From Anaerolineae bacterium (GTDB lineage Bacteria > Chloroflexota > Anaerolineae > B4-G1), in contig DATKTN010000322.1 of the NCBI GenBank assembly GCA_035531135.1, positions 458 through 64,457 on the forward strand: a stretch of DNA of 64,000 bases, written 5' to 3'. The notes under the pieces are model-generated. The model worked only from the letters and a program-made list of their open reading frames with translations, ran no database searches and was not told the origin of the DNA. Numbering within the stretch: position 1 is the first letter of the stretch; the number at the start of each line of letters is the position of its first letter. Below, piece by piece: positions 28,478-37,566 of the stretch. The translations under genes and the position numbers were made by a program.

Positions 28478-29728
28478 ATGCCAGACAACGAGACAACTTC
28501 CTCACCAAAGGCTGGGCTGCGCACACTGCCACGCAACGTGTGGGCCGTCAGCCTGACCAGTTTCTTCATGGACGTCTCCAGCGAGATGGTCATCAACATC
28601 CTGCCCCTGTTTCTCTCCAACGTGCTGGGGGTCAAGACCAACATCATCGGCCTGATCGAAGGGGTGGCCGAGGCAACCGCCAGCCTGCTCAAGGTGTTCT
28701 CCGGTTGGCTCTCCGACCGGTTGGGAGCGCGCAAGTGGCTGGCGGTGGCCGGGTACGCGCTCTCCGCGTGCTCCAAGCCGTTCTTCTACGTCGCCAACTC
28801 ATGGGGCGCGGTGGCCGGCGTGCGCTGGGCCGACCGGGTCGGCAAGGGCATCCGCACCGCCCCCCGCGACGCGCTGGTGGCCGACAGCATCGACGAACGT
28901 CACCGGGGGCTGGCCTTCGGCTTCCATCGCGCCGCCGATACCGGTGGGGCCGTGCTGGGGCTGCTCGTCGCGCTGGGCGTGGTGTGGCTGGCGCAGGCCG
29001 GCAGCACGACGCTGACACGCGCGACCTTCCAGACGGTCGTGCTCATCAGCCTGATCCCGGCGTTCCTGGCGGTGCTCTCGCTGGCCGTCGGCGCGCAGGA
29101 CGTGGCGGTGACTGGCCGGCGGAAGATGCCCAGGTTCGCTCTCCGCAGTCTGGGCAAGCGCTTCTGTATCTTTATGGTCATCGTCGGCCTGTTCGACCTG
29201 GGCAACTCTTCCGACGCATTTCTGGTGCTGCGGGCGCAGGAACGCGGGCTGAGCGTCATCGGCGTGCTGGGCATGCTGGTCACGTTCAACCTCGTCTACA
29301 CGCTGGTCAGCACCCCGGCGGGCTCGCTCTCCGACCGGGTCGGGCGGCGGCGGCTCATCGTCGGCGGCTGGCTGGTCTACGCGGCCATCTACCTGGGGTT
29401 CGCGCTGGCGGGCAAGGGCTGGCACGTGTGGGTGTTGTACGCCATCTACGGCATCTACTATGGCCTGGCCTACGGCACGACGAAGGCGATGGTGGCCGAC
29501 ATCGTGCCGGAGGAGCTACGGGGCACGGCCTACGGCACCTACAACGCCGTGCTGGGTATCCTGGATTTTCCCGCCTCGCTCATCGCCGGGCTCCTATGGC
29601 ACGGGGTAGGCACGTGGGAGGGGCTCGGTCCCTCCGCACCGTTCTTCTTCGGCGGGGCACTGGCGCTGGCGGCGGCGGTGCTGATGACGGTGGCGATGCC
29701 GGGAAAGCCCCAGACAGCCGAGGCATAG
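28478..29728 (+). CDS. MFS transporter
   Basis: 416 aa with 12 predicted TM helices. An MFS signature-like GWLSDRLGARK sits after TM2. Confidence 0.8.
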   Translation: MPDNETTSSPKAGLRTLPRNVWAVSLTSFFMDVSSEMVINILPLFLSNVLGVKTNIIGLIEGVAEATASLLKVFSGWLSDRLGARKWLAVAGYALSACSKPFFYVANSWGAVAGVRWADRVGKGIRTAPRDALVADSIDERHRGLAFGFHRAADTGGAVLGLLVALGVVWLAQAGSTTLTRATFQTVVLISLIPAFLAVLSLAVGAQDVAVTGRRKMPRFALRSLGKRFCIFMVIVGLFDLGNSSDAFLVLRAQERGLSVIGVLGMLVTFNLVYTLVSTPAGSLSDRVGRRRLIVGGWLVYAAIYLGFALAGKGWHVWVLYAIYGIYYGLAYGTTKAMVADIVPEELRGTAYGTYNAVLGILDFPASLIAGLLWHGVGTWEGLGPSAPFFFGGALALAAAVLMTVAMPGKPQTAEA

Positions 29729-29744
29729 TCCCACACGCGAGCAC

Positions 29745-29805
29745 TCGGACGAAAGACCGACGACGAAGGATGAACGTCGTCCTCCGTCCTTCGTCTTTCG
29801 TCAAA
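29745..29805 (+). terminator. Complex GC-rich hairpin downstream of the MFS gene (putative intrinsic terminator)
   Basis: gacgaaagaccgacgacgaaggatgaacgtcgtcctccgtccttcgtctttcgtc contains nested inverted repeats and ends in tctttcgtc. Confidence 0.45.
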
Positions 29806-29849
29806 CATGAAGCAATCGCTGATCACTGAGCACTCACGAGGAGATAATC

Positions 29850-30851
29850 ATGGAATACCGTCTTGTGGGACGGACCGGCGTACAGGTCTCCAGCCTGTGC
29901 ATGGGGACGGTGACGTTCGGCAGAGAGGCCAACGAGGAAACCGCGGCAGCGATGTTTCACCGTTGCCGCGAGGCCGGCATCAACTTTTTCGACACGGCGA
30001 ACAACTACGCCGGCGGTCGCGCCGAGGAGATCCTGGGCCAGTTGACCGCGGGCTGCCGCGACGAGATCGTCCTCACGTCCAAGGTGGGCTTTCCCGCCGG
30101 CGAGGACGTGAACGCGAGCGGGTTGTCACGCCGCCACATCATGTCCTCCGTCGAGACCAGCCTGAGACGCCTCCGGACGGACCGGCTCGACCTCTACTTC
30201 ATGCACCGGTTTGATCCCCACACGCCGGTCGAGGAGCCGCTGCGCGCGCTGGACGACCTGGTGCACCAGGGCAAGATCCTCTACCCGGCGGTCAGCAACT
30301 GGGCCGCCTGGCAGATTGCCACGGCGCTGGGCATCTCGGCGCGCGAGGGGCTGGCCCGCTTCGCCTGCATCCAGCCGATGTACAACCTGGTCAAGCGCCA
30401 GGCCGAGGTCGAGATCCTGCCGCTGGCGCAGGCGGAGCACCTGGGCGTCATCTCGTTCAGCCCTCTGGGAGCCGGGCTGCTGACCGGCAAGTACAGCCCG
30501 ACGCGCCGGCCGGAACGGGGGCGACTGATCGACGATACGTTACAGAGGAAGCGGTATGAGAACCCAGCCTACTTCCAGATCGCGGAGCGTTTCGCCGCGC
30601 ATGCCAAAGAGCGCGGCGTGCACCCCGCGACGCTGGCGGTGGCCTGGGTGATGGCGCACCCGGCGATCACGGCGCCGATCATGGGCGCCCGCAACGTGGC
30701 GCAACTGGAGGCCCTGCTGGCCGCAGCGGACGTACCGATGACGCCGGAGTGGCGGGCTGAAATCTCCGCCCTGTCCCTCGAACCGCCTCCGGCGACCGAC
30801 CGGAGCGAGGAACGGAGTGGGGTATTTTATCGGGGCGGGCGGACAAAGTGA
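29850..30851 (+). CDS. Aldo/keto reductase family oxidoreductase
   Basis: Typical AKR N-terminal region (LGTVTFG-like, FFDTANNYAGGRAEEILG) and 333 aa, a length consistent with the Tas/AKR11-14 families. Confidence 0.8.
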   Translation: MEYRLVGRTGVQVSSLCMGTVTFGREANEETAAAMFHRCREAGINFFDTANNYAGGRAEEILGQLTAGCRDEIVLTSKVGFPAGEDVNASGLSRRHIMSSVETSLRRLRTDRLDLYFMHRFDPHTPVEEPLRALDDLVHQGKILYPAVSNWAAWQIATALGISAREGLARFACIQPMYNLVKRQAEVEILPLAQAEHLGVISFSPLGAGLLTGKYSPTRRPERGRLIDDTLQRKRYENPAYFQIAERFAAHAKERGVHPATLAVAWVMAHPAITAPIMGARNVAQLEALLAAADVPMTPEWRAEISALSLEPPPATDRSEERSGVFYRGGRTK

Positions 30852-30910
30852 TGCGATGCCCGCTCACCGCCGCCGCTTGCGGGCCAGGCGCAGCGCGGTG
30901 AAGAGCCCTG

Positions 30911-32299
30911 TTACGGCGAGACCCGCTCCCACGTCAGGTCCCCCCGCATCCGCCAGTGGGCGCTCTCGACGCCGTTCACGCGATACACCGCGCCGGGGAA
31001 ACCCACCGTCGTATCCAGGCGAATCGATCCCAGCCGGGCGCTGTCCTCGAGCCGCACCACGTCCAGGCGACAGTTGGTCGTGCAGCCCTCCGGCGTCAAC
31101 GCCAGCCCTTCGCCGTCGCCCAACAGACCGATTCTGCGCAACTGCGCGTCGAGCCAGTAGATGTCCCGGTGCGGCACCACCGGGTCGCACGCCGGCTGCC
31201 CCTCGCTGAGCAGCCCGATGACCTGCCAGTCCGGGCCACAGTTGGTGAGCAACTGCAGCATGTAATACGGCGGCAGCGACACCACGGGCAGCGCACCGGC
31301 GGCGACGTACAGCGGGCTGTCGGACACGGCCTGCACGACCTCGGCCCAGAACAGCGGCCCGTCGGGGTAGGTGTACAGCCGCTCGAACGCCGTCCAGGCC
31401 TGGCCGGGCTGACCGGTGTACAGATAGTCCAGCACCAGCGGCAACACCGCGCACTTGGTCGTTCCGTCCCACTCGCCCAGCTCGCCGGGCTTGGCCGCCT
31501 CGGCCGCCTGGATGTGCCGGGACACCGCTTCGGCGTACAGGTCGGCGAAGCGCGGGCTGGCCGGGACGTAGCCCTGGCCTGGATCGTACTGGAGGATGAC
31601 CTGGACCGCTGGAGAGGCCGCATAGGGGCAATAGGCGTACGCAAACAGGTCATCGCACGTGACGAACTCAAAGACCGAGTCGCCGTCCAGATCCTCGAAC
31701 CGCCCCCCGCAGTTCGACTGGGGCGTCTCCAACACCCGGGTCAGCGTGGGGCCGAGGTCGTAGACGAGGGTGGAGAAGCAACAGTGCGCCCCACCCGTAA
31801 ACGTCTCGACGATCACGTCGGGATGGCCCTCACCGGTGACGTCTGTCCCTGTGAGGTCGCCCAACGCGGAGGCCATCTCGACCTGCACCAGCGTCTGCCC
31901 CCCGGCCGAGATAGTGGCGATGTTGTCAAAGCTCCAGGCGTCGGCGGCGGTGTTGCGCCACAACTGGACGGTGTACCGGCCGAGCACCCGTTCCTCCTCG
32001 ACGACGTAGGTGGGCGGGAGCGGCATCGGAGTAAGAGTCGCCGCTGGCGGCGGCACGGGGGTGGAGGTAGGTTGCGGAGGGACGGGCGTGTCCGCCGGCG
32101 GGACAACCGGTTGAGTGGGCGTGGGTGGGGGCTGGGTGGCCGTGGGCAACGCGGCCAGCGTGGCAGCCACGCCCTGCGCCACGCGGGTCTGGACACCGCT
32201 TTCGTCAGATGTGGCGGGCGACGGGGGCCCAACCAGCCCACACGACATCACCAGCACGGGCAAGACGACCAACAGAGACCGTACCATCTTTTTGTCCAT
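30911..32299 (-). CDS. Hypothetical lipoprotein with a Pro/Thr-rich linker
   Basis: The ATG at 32299 follows a GGGAGG RBS. The signal peptide carries the lipobox LVMSCG, and PTPTQP repeats follow. I recognise no characterised domain. Confidence 0.5.
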   Translation of the reverse strand: MDKKMVRSLLVVLPVLVMSCGLVGPPSPATSDESGVQTRVAQGVAATLAALPTATQPPPTPTQPVVPPADTPVPPQPTSTPVPPPAATLTPMPLPPTYVVEEERVLGRYTVQLWRNTAADAWSFDNIATISAGGQTLVQVEMASALGDLTGTDVTGEGHPDVIVETFTGGAHCCFSTLVYDLGPTLTRVLETPQSNCGGRFEDLDGDSVFEFVTCDDLFAYAYCPYAASPAVQVILQYDPGQGYVPASPRFADLYAEAVSRHIQAAEAAKPGELGEWDGTTKCAVLPLVLDYLYTGQPGQAWTAFERLYTYPDGPLFWAEVVQAVSDSPLYVAAGALPVVSLPPYYMLQLLTNCGPDWQVIGLLSEGQPACDPVVPHRDIYWLDAQLRRIGLLGDGEGLALTPEGCTTNCRLDVVRLEDSARLGSIRLDTTVGFPGAVYRVNGVESAHWRMRGDLTWERVSP

Positions 32300-32520
32300 T
32301 CTACACCTCCCCATCCGACGTGAGCGGCCGGCTACGTAGCGGCGCCAGACGAATCCAGCTCAGCCTGTGTTTCGCAGTTGTTCGACATCGATGGAAGCCG
32401 ACACTTGTTTTGGTAGTCTCAGCACCGCTATCGCTTCCCCTTGTGGGGTTCCACGCTCGCCAAAGACGCCAACAAGTTGGCGCATCCATTCACCGTCGCA
32501 GGGTGCGAAATGTGATTGGC

Positions 32521-32883
32521 TCAACACGTGATGTGGAACAGGCCGATCACAGCGCCGCGGGCCTCGTTCCAGGTCTCGATCGCCTCTGACGTGGGCAGCA
32601 GTTCCACCTGGCACTTTTTGCGGCTGAAATAGTCGGCTGCCTCGTCCGAAAGCCCCACCAGCCCAGCCTGCCCCGTGCCGACGATGAGTCGCTCCACCCC
32701 TTCCTCGTACACGTGCCTGGCCTCGTCCAGCGAGACGACGTGCGACGTGCCGTAGACCGCCTTGGACAGCTTTTTCTTCCGCTTCTTCACCTGCCCGTCC
32801 AGCCGGATGACCACGTCGTGCTCGAAGGCCGTCCCCTCGATGGTGATCGAGCCGAACTCCGTCCCGTCAATTCTTGGCCTCAT
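32521..32883 (-). CDS. MTH938-like (DUF498) domain protein
   Basis: 120 aa. IDGTEFGSITIEGTAFEHDVVIRLDGQVKKRKKKLSK matches the Mth938-family pattern. Confidence 0.6.
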   Translation of the reverse strand: MRPRIDGTEFGSITIEGTAFEHDVVIRLDGQVKKRKKKLSKAVYGTSHVVSLDEARHVYEEGVERLIVGTGQAGLVGLSDEAADYFSRKKCQVELLPTSEAIETWNEARGAVIGLFHITC

Positions 32884-33080
32884 GCTGCACCTCCGCCGGT
32901 GGGAGTGGCTGGCTACAGCAGTTTAGGGGGTACGCTCGCACGCCCATGCTCACACACTCCCACACTCTCACACCATTTTACCAAGTCACAGCACTTTCGT
33001 CCAGCCGGACCTTGCCAGCACTCCCCGTTGCCCAGATACGGCACCGGGTAGAGCATGTTGTAGGGCTTGTCTTTGGCAGG

Positions 33081-33446
33081 TCAAAGGCCCCCGATCACGA
33101 TCAGGTAGATCAACGTCCCGTGGAGCAGCGTGCCCACCACCAGGATGAGGAACATACCCCAGTGCCTGCGAAAGTTGGTCTTGTGGTGCCAGATCGCCAT
33201 ACCGAGCCACGCGCCGGCGAAGCCCCCCGCCAGCGCCAGCAGGTTCAAGATCAGTTCCGGCACCCGGACGGTGAAACGCTGGATCTTTGACAGGCTCTTA
33301 TCCAACCCGTAGAAGATAAAGGCGGTCAGGCTGACGCCGGCGAGCCACGCGAAGTAGATCGGCAGTTGCGCGCTGACATAAAATGGGAGATAGAGCACTA
33401 GTACAAGGACGAGTGCCAGGATGCCGAAAAGGCTGCTGTACTTCAT
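33081..33446 (-). CDS. DUF1294-family membrane protein
   Basis: 121 aa, with three TM helices and the conserved WHHKTNFRRHW segment. Confidence 0.6.
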   Translation of the reverse strand: MKYSSLFGILALVLVLVLYLPFYVSAQLPIYFAWLAGVSLTAFIFYGLDKSLSKIQRFTVRVPELILNLLALAGGFAGAWLGMAIWHHKTNFRRHWGMFLILVVGTLLHGTLIYLIVIGGL

Positions 33447-33447
33447 C

Positions 33448-33780
33448 TCATATTTTGCCCCAGACGATGATCAATATGGTCGCAGCGACGATCCAACAAA
33501 AGGTCGCCCCCAGCAAAGACGCCACCAGTCTGAACCTATCGACGAGAAAATAGAGCGTGACCAGATAGACGAAATACGGGATCAACGAGAACATCCCAAA
33601 GAGTATGGTCTCCTTCAGATCGGACATGGTCCGTTGGGTCCCCATGACATAGTGGGCAATCAATGCAAACGTCGGAAACAGGGGCACCAGACCGGCGATA
33701 TGGGCATTCTTCGTCCGAGACAGCAATTGAATGATCACCACGACGACGGCGCCCGCAAGCGCCTTCACGACAAGCTCCAT
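33448..33780 (-). CDS. GlpM-like small membrane protein
   Basis: The ATG at 33780 follows GGGGAG. The approximately 110-aa protein has four hydrophobic segments (MELVVKALAGAVVVVIIQLLSRTKNAHIAGLVPLFP...). Confidence 0.45.
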   Translation of the reverse strand: MELVVKALAGAVVVVIIQLLSRTKNAHIAGLVPLFPTFALIAHYVMGTQRTMSDLKETILFGMFSLIPYFVYLVTLYFLVDRFRLVASLLGATFCWIVAATILIIVWGKI

Positions 33781-33800
33781 AGTCTTACTCCCCTCTAATC

Positions 33801-33849
33801 TCCATTCTCCACTCTCCATTCTCCATTCTCTGTCCTCTGTCCTCCGTTC
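33801..33849. repeat. Tandem heptamer repeat TCCATTC (7 copies, the last three degenerate), intergenic
   Basis: The run tccattc tccactc tccattc tccattc tctgtcc tctgtcc tccgttc lies between the ABC permease stop and the glpM-like RBS. Confidence 0.85.
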
Positions 33850-34987
33850 AGTCCAAGCTCCGGCTCATGTTCCGCACGGCGACGGCGGTGACCAACAGGC
33901 CCATCACCAGCATCGCCGCCGCGTGGGTCCACAGCACGTCCAGCCCCGCCCCCTTGAGCATCACCCCCCGGATGATCGCCAGATAGTGGCGGAAAGGGAC
34001 CACCCGCGCGACTGCCTGCAGCGCGACGGGCAGGTGCTTGACGCGCACCAGATAGCCGGAGAAAGTCATATCCACCATCGCCAGGACAAAGACGAGGAGG
34101 ATCGCCTGTTGCTGCGTGCGGGCGACGCCAGAGATGAACATGCCATAGCCGATCTCGGCGACGACGAACAGCAACGTCAGGGTGCAAAGTAGAAGCAGAG
34201 ACCCGCGCATCGGTACCCCAAAGGCAAAGACAGCGACGGCCAGCATGGACAGAAAGTTCAACATGCCGATGACCAGGGCCGGGATCGCCTTGCCGATGAC
34301 CAACTCGATGCGGCGCAGTGGAATAACCATCAACTGCTCCAGCGTGCCCAGTTCCCGCTCGCGGGCCAGCCCGACCGAGGCGACGACGAGCGTCACCTGG
34401 TAGACGATAAAGCCCACCTGCGCCGGTATGGTAAAGAACTTGACGTTGAACGCCGGGTTGAAGCGCACCGTCGTGCGCAGGTCAATGGGGGAGCCGGTAG
34501 CCAGCCCGTGCGCTGCGGCCTGGCCCGCCAGGAGCTCCGCCGCACGATCGGCCGCGAAGCCAGCGATCGTCTCGCGGGCGGCGCTGAGGGCGTGCAAAGC
34601 CGGGGCTCTGTTGCTGCCATCGACGATGATTTGAACGCGTGGCGTCCGCGCGACGTCCCCCATATCGGCAGCCAGGCCGGCAGGAATAATGACGGCGAGC
34701 GTGGCCTCCCCCTGATCGAGGAGCCGGTGAGTTTCCGCCAGCGTCGCGGGAAAGTGGCAGACGTCCAGCTCCCGCCTGGCGTCGAGCGCGGTGAAGAGCT
34801 GACGGCTGGCGCTGGAACGGTCCATGTCGAGCACGGCCACGCGCAATGCCGAGATGCGAGAACCAGTGGCCTGAGCCAGCAGGACCAATTGAAGAACGGG
34901 CAACGTGAGGATGAAGGCTGTCATCAACCAGTCGCGAAGGAACTGGATGAACTCTTTCAGCACCAGGTTCCAGATACGCAGGAACAC
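33848..34987 (-). CDS. ABC-2 family transporter permease
   Basis: 379 aa. An N-terminal TM helix, a large extracytoplasmic loop and five C-terminal TM helices match ABC-2 permease topology. Confidence 0.7.
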   Translation of the reverse strand: MFLRIWNLVLKEFIQFLRDWLMTAFILTLPVLQLVLLAQATGSRISALRVAVLDMDRSSASRQLFTALDARRELDVCHFPATLAETHRLLDQGEATLAVIIPAGLAADMGDVARTPRVQIIVDGSNRAPALHALSAARETIAGFAADRAAELLAGQAAAHGLATGSPIDLRTTVRFNPAFNVKFFTIPAQVGFIVYQVTLVVASVGLARERELGTLEQLMVIPLRRIELVIGKAIPALVIGMLNFLSMLAVAVFAFGVPMRGSLLLLCTLTLLFVVAEIGYGMFISGVARTQQQAILLVFVLAMVDMTFSGYLVRVKHLPVALQAVARVVPFRHYLAIIRGVMLKGAGLDVLWTHAAAMLVMGLLVTAVAVRNMSRSLD

Positions 34988-35008
34988 GGCAACGTTACCT
35001 CATTCGCC

Positions 35009-36121
35009 TCAGGCAAGCTTCTTTTCGAACAGCACCAGGCTGATGGCCTGGCACAGAACTCCCATTCCCAACAGAATACAAGCCGGCTTCCACAGCGCGC
35101 CCGGCCCCAGTCCTTTCAAGAACACGCCGCGGCTGATCGTGATAAAGTGCGTGGCCGGCAGCCCGTAGGCGATGGCCCGGGCGATCGGCTCGTCGGCGAC
35201 GGGAAGAATGAGGCCCGCAACGAAGAAACTCGGCACGAAAAAGACGGTCAGGATGAGGAACATGGCAGTCTGCTGATTGCGGACGAAACTAGCCACGACC
35301 AGGCTGACGCCCATGCTGGCGACCATGTAAACGGCCGCGAGCAGGAGAAAGGCGAGGAAACTCCCCCGGAAGGGAACACGAAACCACAGCGTGGCGACGA
35401 GCCAGGCCAGGACGACGCTCGCCATGCCGCTGACCCCGTATGCCAGCAGCTTGCCGAACAGGTACTCGGTCCCGCGCACCGGCGTGACGACGAGGGTCTC
35501 GAAAGAGCCTGTCTCTTTCTCACGCGCCAGCGCCAGCGCCAGCGCCAGCGCGGGCATACAGAGGATCACGGCCAGCATACCAGGCACCATGCTGACGAGC
35601 GACTTGAGTGTCTCGTTGTACCAGGCGCGGCTGCTGACATTGAAACCGCCAACCGGGGTACCCAATCGCCCCACGCGCAGACCGGCGGCAAAGGCATCGG
35701 CGCGGCTCTCCAGGAGGCCCACGGACTGGCTGGCAGTGATCGCGTCTGCGCCATCAACGACGCACTGCACTTTGGCCGGGCCGCCGCGCAGCGCCAGATC
35801 GGCAAAGCCGTGCGGGATCACCAGCACCAGATCGGCGATGTCGCGGTTGAACAGAAACTCAACGTCCTCCTCCCGCTGCACGTACGTGACGACGGTCAAA
35901 TCCCCGTCAGCGGTGAGGCTGGCGAGAAAAGCGCGGGAGAGCGGGGTGCGGTCCAGGTCACGAACAGCGATGTTCACCCGGTCCACGTCAAAGGCAAACA
36001 CATGAGAGAAGGTGACCAGCAAGAAAGCTGGTGCGACGGTGACGAGGAAGAAGGTACGTGCGTCACGGGCAATGTGACGGAATTCCTTGCGGGCAACGGT
36101 GAGCAGCCGACGGACAGACAT
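35009..36121 (-). CDS. ABC-2 family transporter permease (paralogous partner)
   Basis: 370 aa with the same architecture as the adjacent gene. MSVRRLLTVARKEFRHIARDARTFF is the typical N-terminus of this family. Confidence 0.7.
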   Translation of the reverse strand: MSVRRLLTVARKEFRHIARDARTFFLVTVAPAFLLVTFSHVFAFDVDRVNIAVRDLDRTPLSRAFLASLTADGDLTVVTYVQREEDVEFLFNRDIADLVLVIPHGFADLALRGGPAKVQCVVDGADAITASQSVGLLESRADAFAAGLRVGRLGTPVGGFNVSSRAWYNETLKSLVSMVPGMLAVILCMPALALALALAREKETGSFETLVVTPVRGTEYLFGKLLAYGVSGMASVVLAWLVATLWFRVPFRGSFLAFLLLAAVYMVASMGVSLVVASFVRNQQTAMFLILTVFFVPSFFVAGLILPVADEPIARAIAYGLPATHFITISRGVFLKGLGPGALWKPACILLGMGVLCQAISLVLFEKKLA

Positions 36122-36186
36122 GGTTTCGCAGTTAGCGGTTAACAGGTCGCCGCCAGCGGCGTCGGCTGCCTGCTAACGGCTAAAGG

Positions 36187-36978
36187 CTATCGCTGGCGAC
36201 GCTGCCACTCTTCCTTCAACTCCAGCGAAGCCAGATCCTCTCCGGCGTCGAGGAAATCCATCAGCAGCCGGTTAAACTTGCTCCGCTCCTCCAGCATCGG
36301 GAAATGCCGTGTACCATTGAGAGAAATGATACGCACATTCGCTCCAGCGCCCTGGAGCCATTCCTGCTGCGGTGGCGCGATAAGGGGATCGTCCCCGCCA
36401 TACACGAGGAGGACGGGGATATCGAGAGGAGTCAACAAGTGGCTCAGGTCGCTCACCATCGCCGAGTGCGTGCTGCCGGTAACCGCAGAGACATCGGTCT
36501 TGCGCACCTCCAGTTCCACCTCGGGAAACTTGGCTCGCCGAGCTGCCAGGCGAGCCAACGCGTCCTCATTGCCAGAAAAACTGGCCAGCGGCCGGTGGAT
36601 AGCTGCACCGACCAATGGCACGCTTACGCCCATCACCCGCTCGACCAGCTCCGGGGCTTGGGCAGCAAACTGCAACGCGACCACCCCACCCAACGCATGC
36701 CCCACCAGCGTGGGGCGCAAGACATCTACGCCCAGGTTGTCCAGAAACTCCCCAAGCAGTTGAACGTAGACGTCGATGCTGTAGCGCCCACCGAGTCTGT
36801 CCGAATCGCCAAAGCCCCACAGATCGAGCGCATAGGCACGATACCTGGCCGACAGCTCCTCCATGGCCGGTACCCAGTAGCGCCACGAACCCAGCCAGCC
36901 GTGGATAAAGACCAACGGCCTGCCATGCCCGATCGCCTCGTAATGAACGAGGCCCTTCCTGATGACAATGGCGCTCAT
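36187..36978 (-). CDS. Alpha/beta-fold hydrolase
   Basis: 263 aa with HGWLGSW (the oxyanion region) and GHALGG (the GxSxG variant with Ala at the nucleophile position). It is paralogous to the hydrolase at 47265-48071, with shared N-termini LVHYEA.GHG..L.HGWL.SW..W. Confidence 0.7.
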   Translation of the reverse strand: MSAIVIRKGLVHYEAIGHGRPLVFIHGWLGSWRYWVPAMEELSARYRAYALDLWGFGDSDRLGGRYSIDVYVQLLGEFLDNLGVDVLRPTLVGHALGGVVALQFAAQAPELVERVMGVSVPLVGAAIHRPLASFSGNEDALARLAARRAKFPEVELEVRKTDVSAVTGSTHSAMVSDLSHLLTPLDIPVLLVYGGDDPLIAPPQQEWLQGAGANVRIISLNGTRHFPMLEERSKFNRLLMDFLDAGEDLASLELKEEWQRRQR

Positions 36979-37153
36979 TGCCAGACCACCGCCTGGTATC
37001 CAGCACAGGTAGGCGTTCCGTCACGCTTGCGCAGGTCGTACGCAGCCCAGGCCATCAAGCCATTCCCAGTCAATGAAACCGTTCCTGGCCAGAAAGCCCC
37101 TACCAGAACCAAGCGTTTCCCCCTGGACAGAACCAGGCACGGACCTCTACCCG

Positions 37154-37534
37154 CTATTCCGGCGACTCCACACGCTGCAGAATATCCTTGACCTGATTCG
37201 TCAGTTCATCCGGAGCGAATGGCTTTACGATATACTCCACCGCTCCCGAAGCCAAGCCTTGCTTGATCTCGCCCTCCTGCCCCTTGGCCGAAAGAAAGAC
37301 GATCGGAATCGCACTGGTGACCGGGTTCTCCTTCAACTGGCGGCAGACCTCATACCCGGTGATCTTGGGCATGCGGACGTCCAGCAGGATCAGGTCAGGC
37401 TGCTCCAGTGGCGCTTTCTCGATAGCTTCGGTGCCATCCGCAGTAAGCACCACGTCGAAGCCGGCAAAGCGCAGCGTAAAGCCAATCAACTCACGGATGT
37501 CCCGTTCGTCGTCAGCAACGAGGATCTTTGTCAT
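37154..37534 (-). CDS. Single-domain response regulator (CheY-like receiver)
   Basis: 126 aa: KILVADDERDIRELI...DLILLDVRMP...YIVKPF, with the phospho-acceptor Asp present. Confidence 0.85.
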   Translation of the reverse strand: MTKILVADDERDIRELIGFTLRFAGFDVVLTADGTEAIEKAPLEQPDLILLDVRMPKITGYEVCRQLKENPVTSAIPIVFLSAKGQEGEIKQGLASGAVEYIVKPFAPDELTNQVKDILQRVESPE

Positions 37535-37566
37535 GATTTCCCCCTACCCCGCCCAACAACCAACAA

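Noticed and set aside
28540-29829. 429-aa plus-strand ORF in an alternative frame across the MFS transporter gene
   Set aside because: It is in the same-strand overlapping frame with an Arg/Gly/Ala-rich product. The MFS frame has coherent TM-helix periodicity and an RBS, so the alternative frame is rejected.
30911-32314. Possible surface adhesin, S-layer or enzyme assignment for the 467-aa lipoprotein
   Set aside because: Only a signal peptide, lipobox and Pro-rich linker are recognisable. I recognise no catalytic or repeat-domain signature, so it remains a hypothetical lipoprotein.
34508-36142. 544-aa plus-strand ORF antisense to the two ABC-2 permease genes
   Set aside because: It spans two independent minus-strand genes and their intergenic gap, and is Arg/Gly/Asp-rich with low complexity. 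It is a GC-driven open frame, not a gene.
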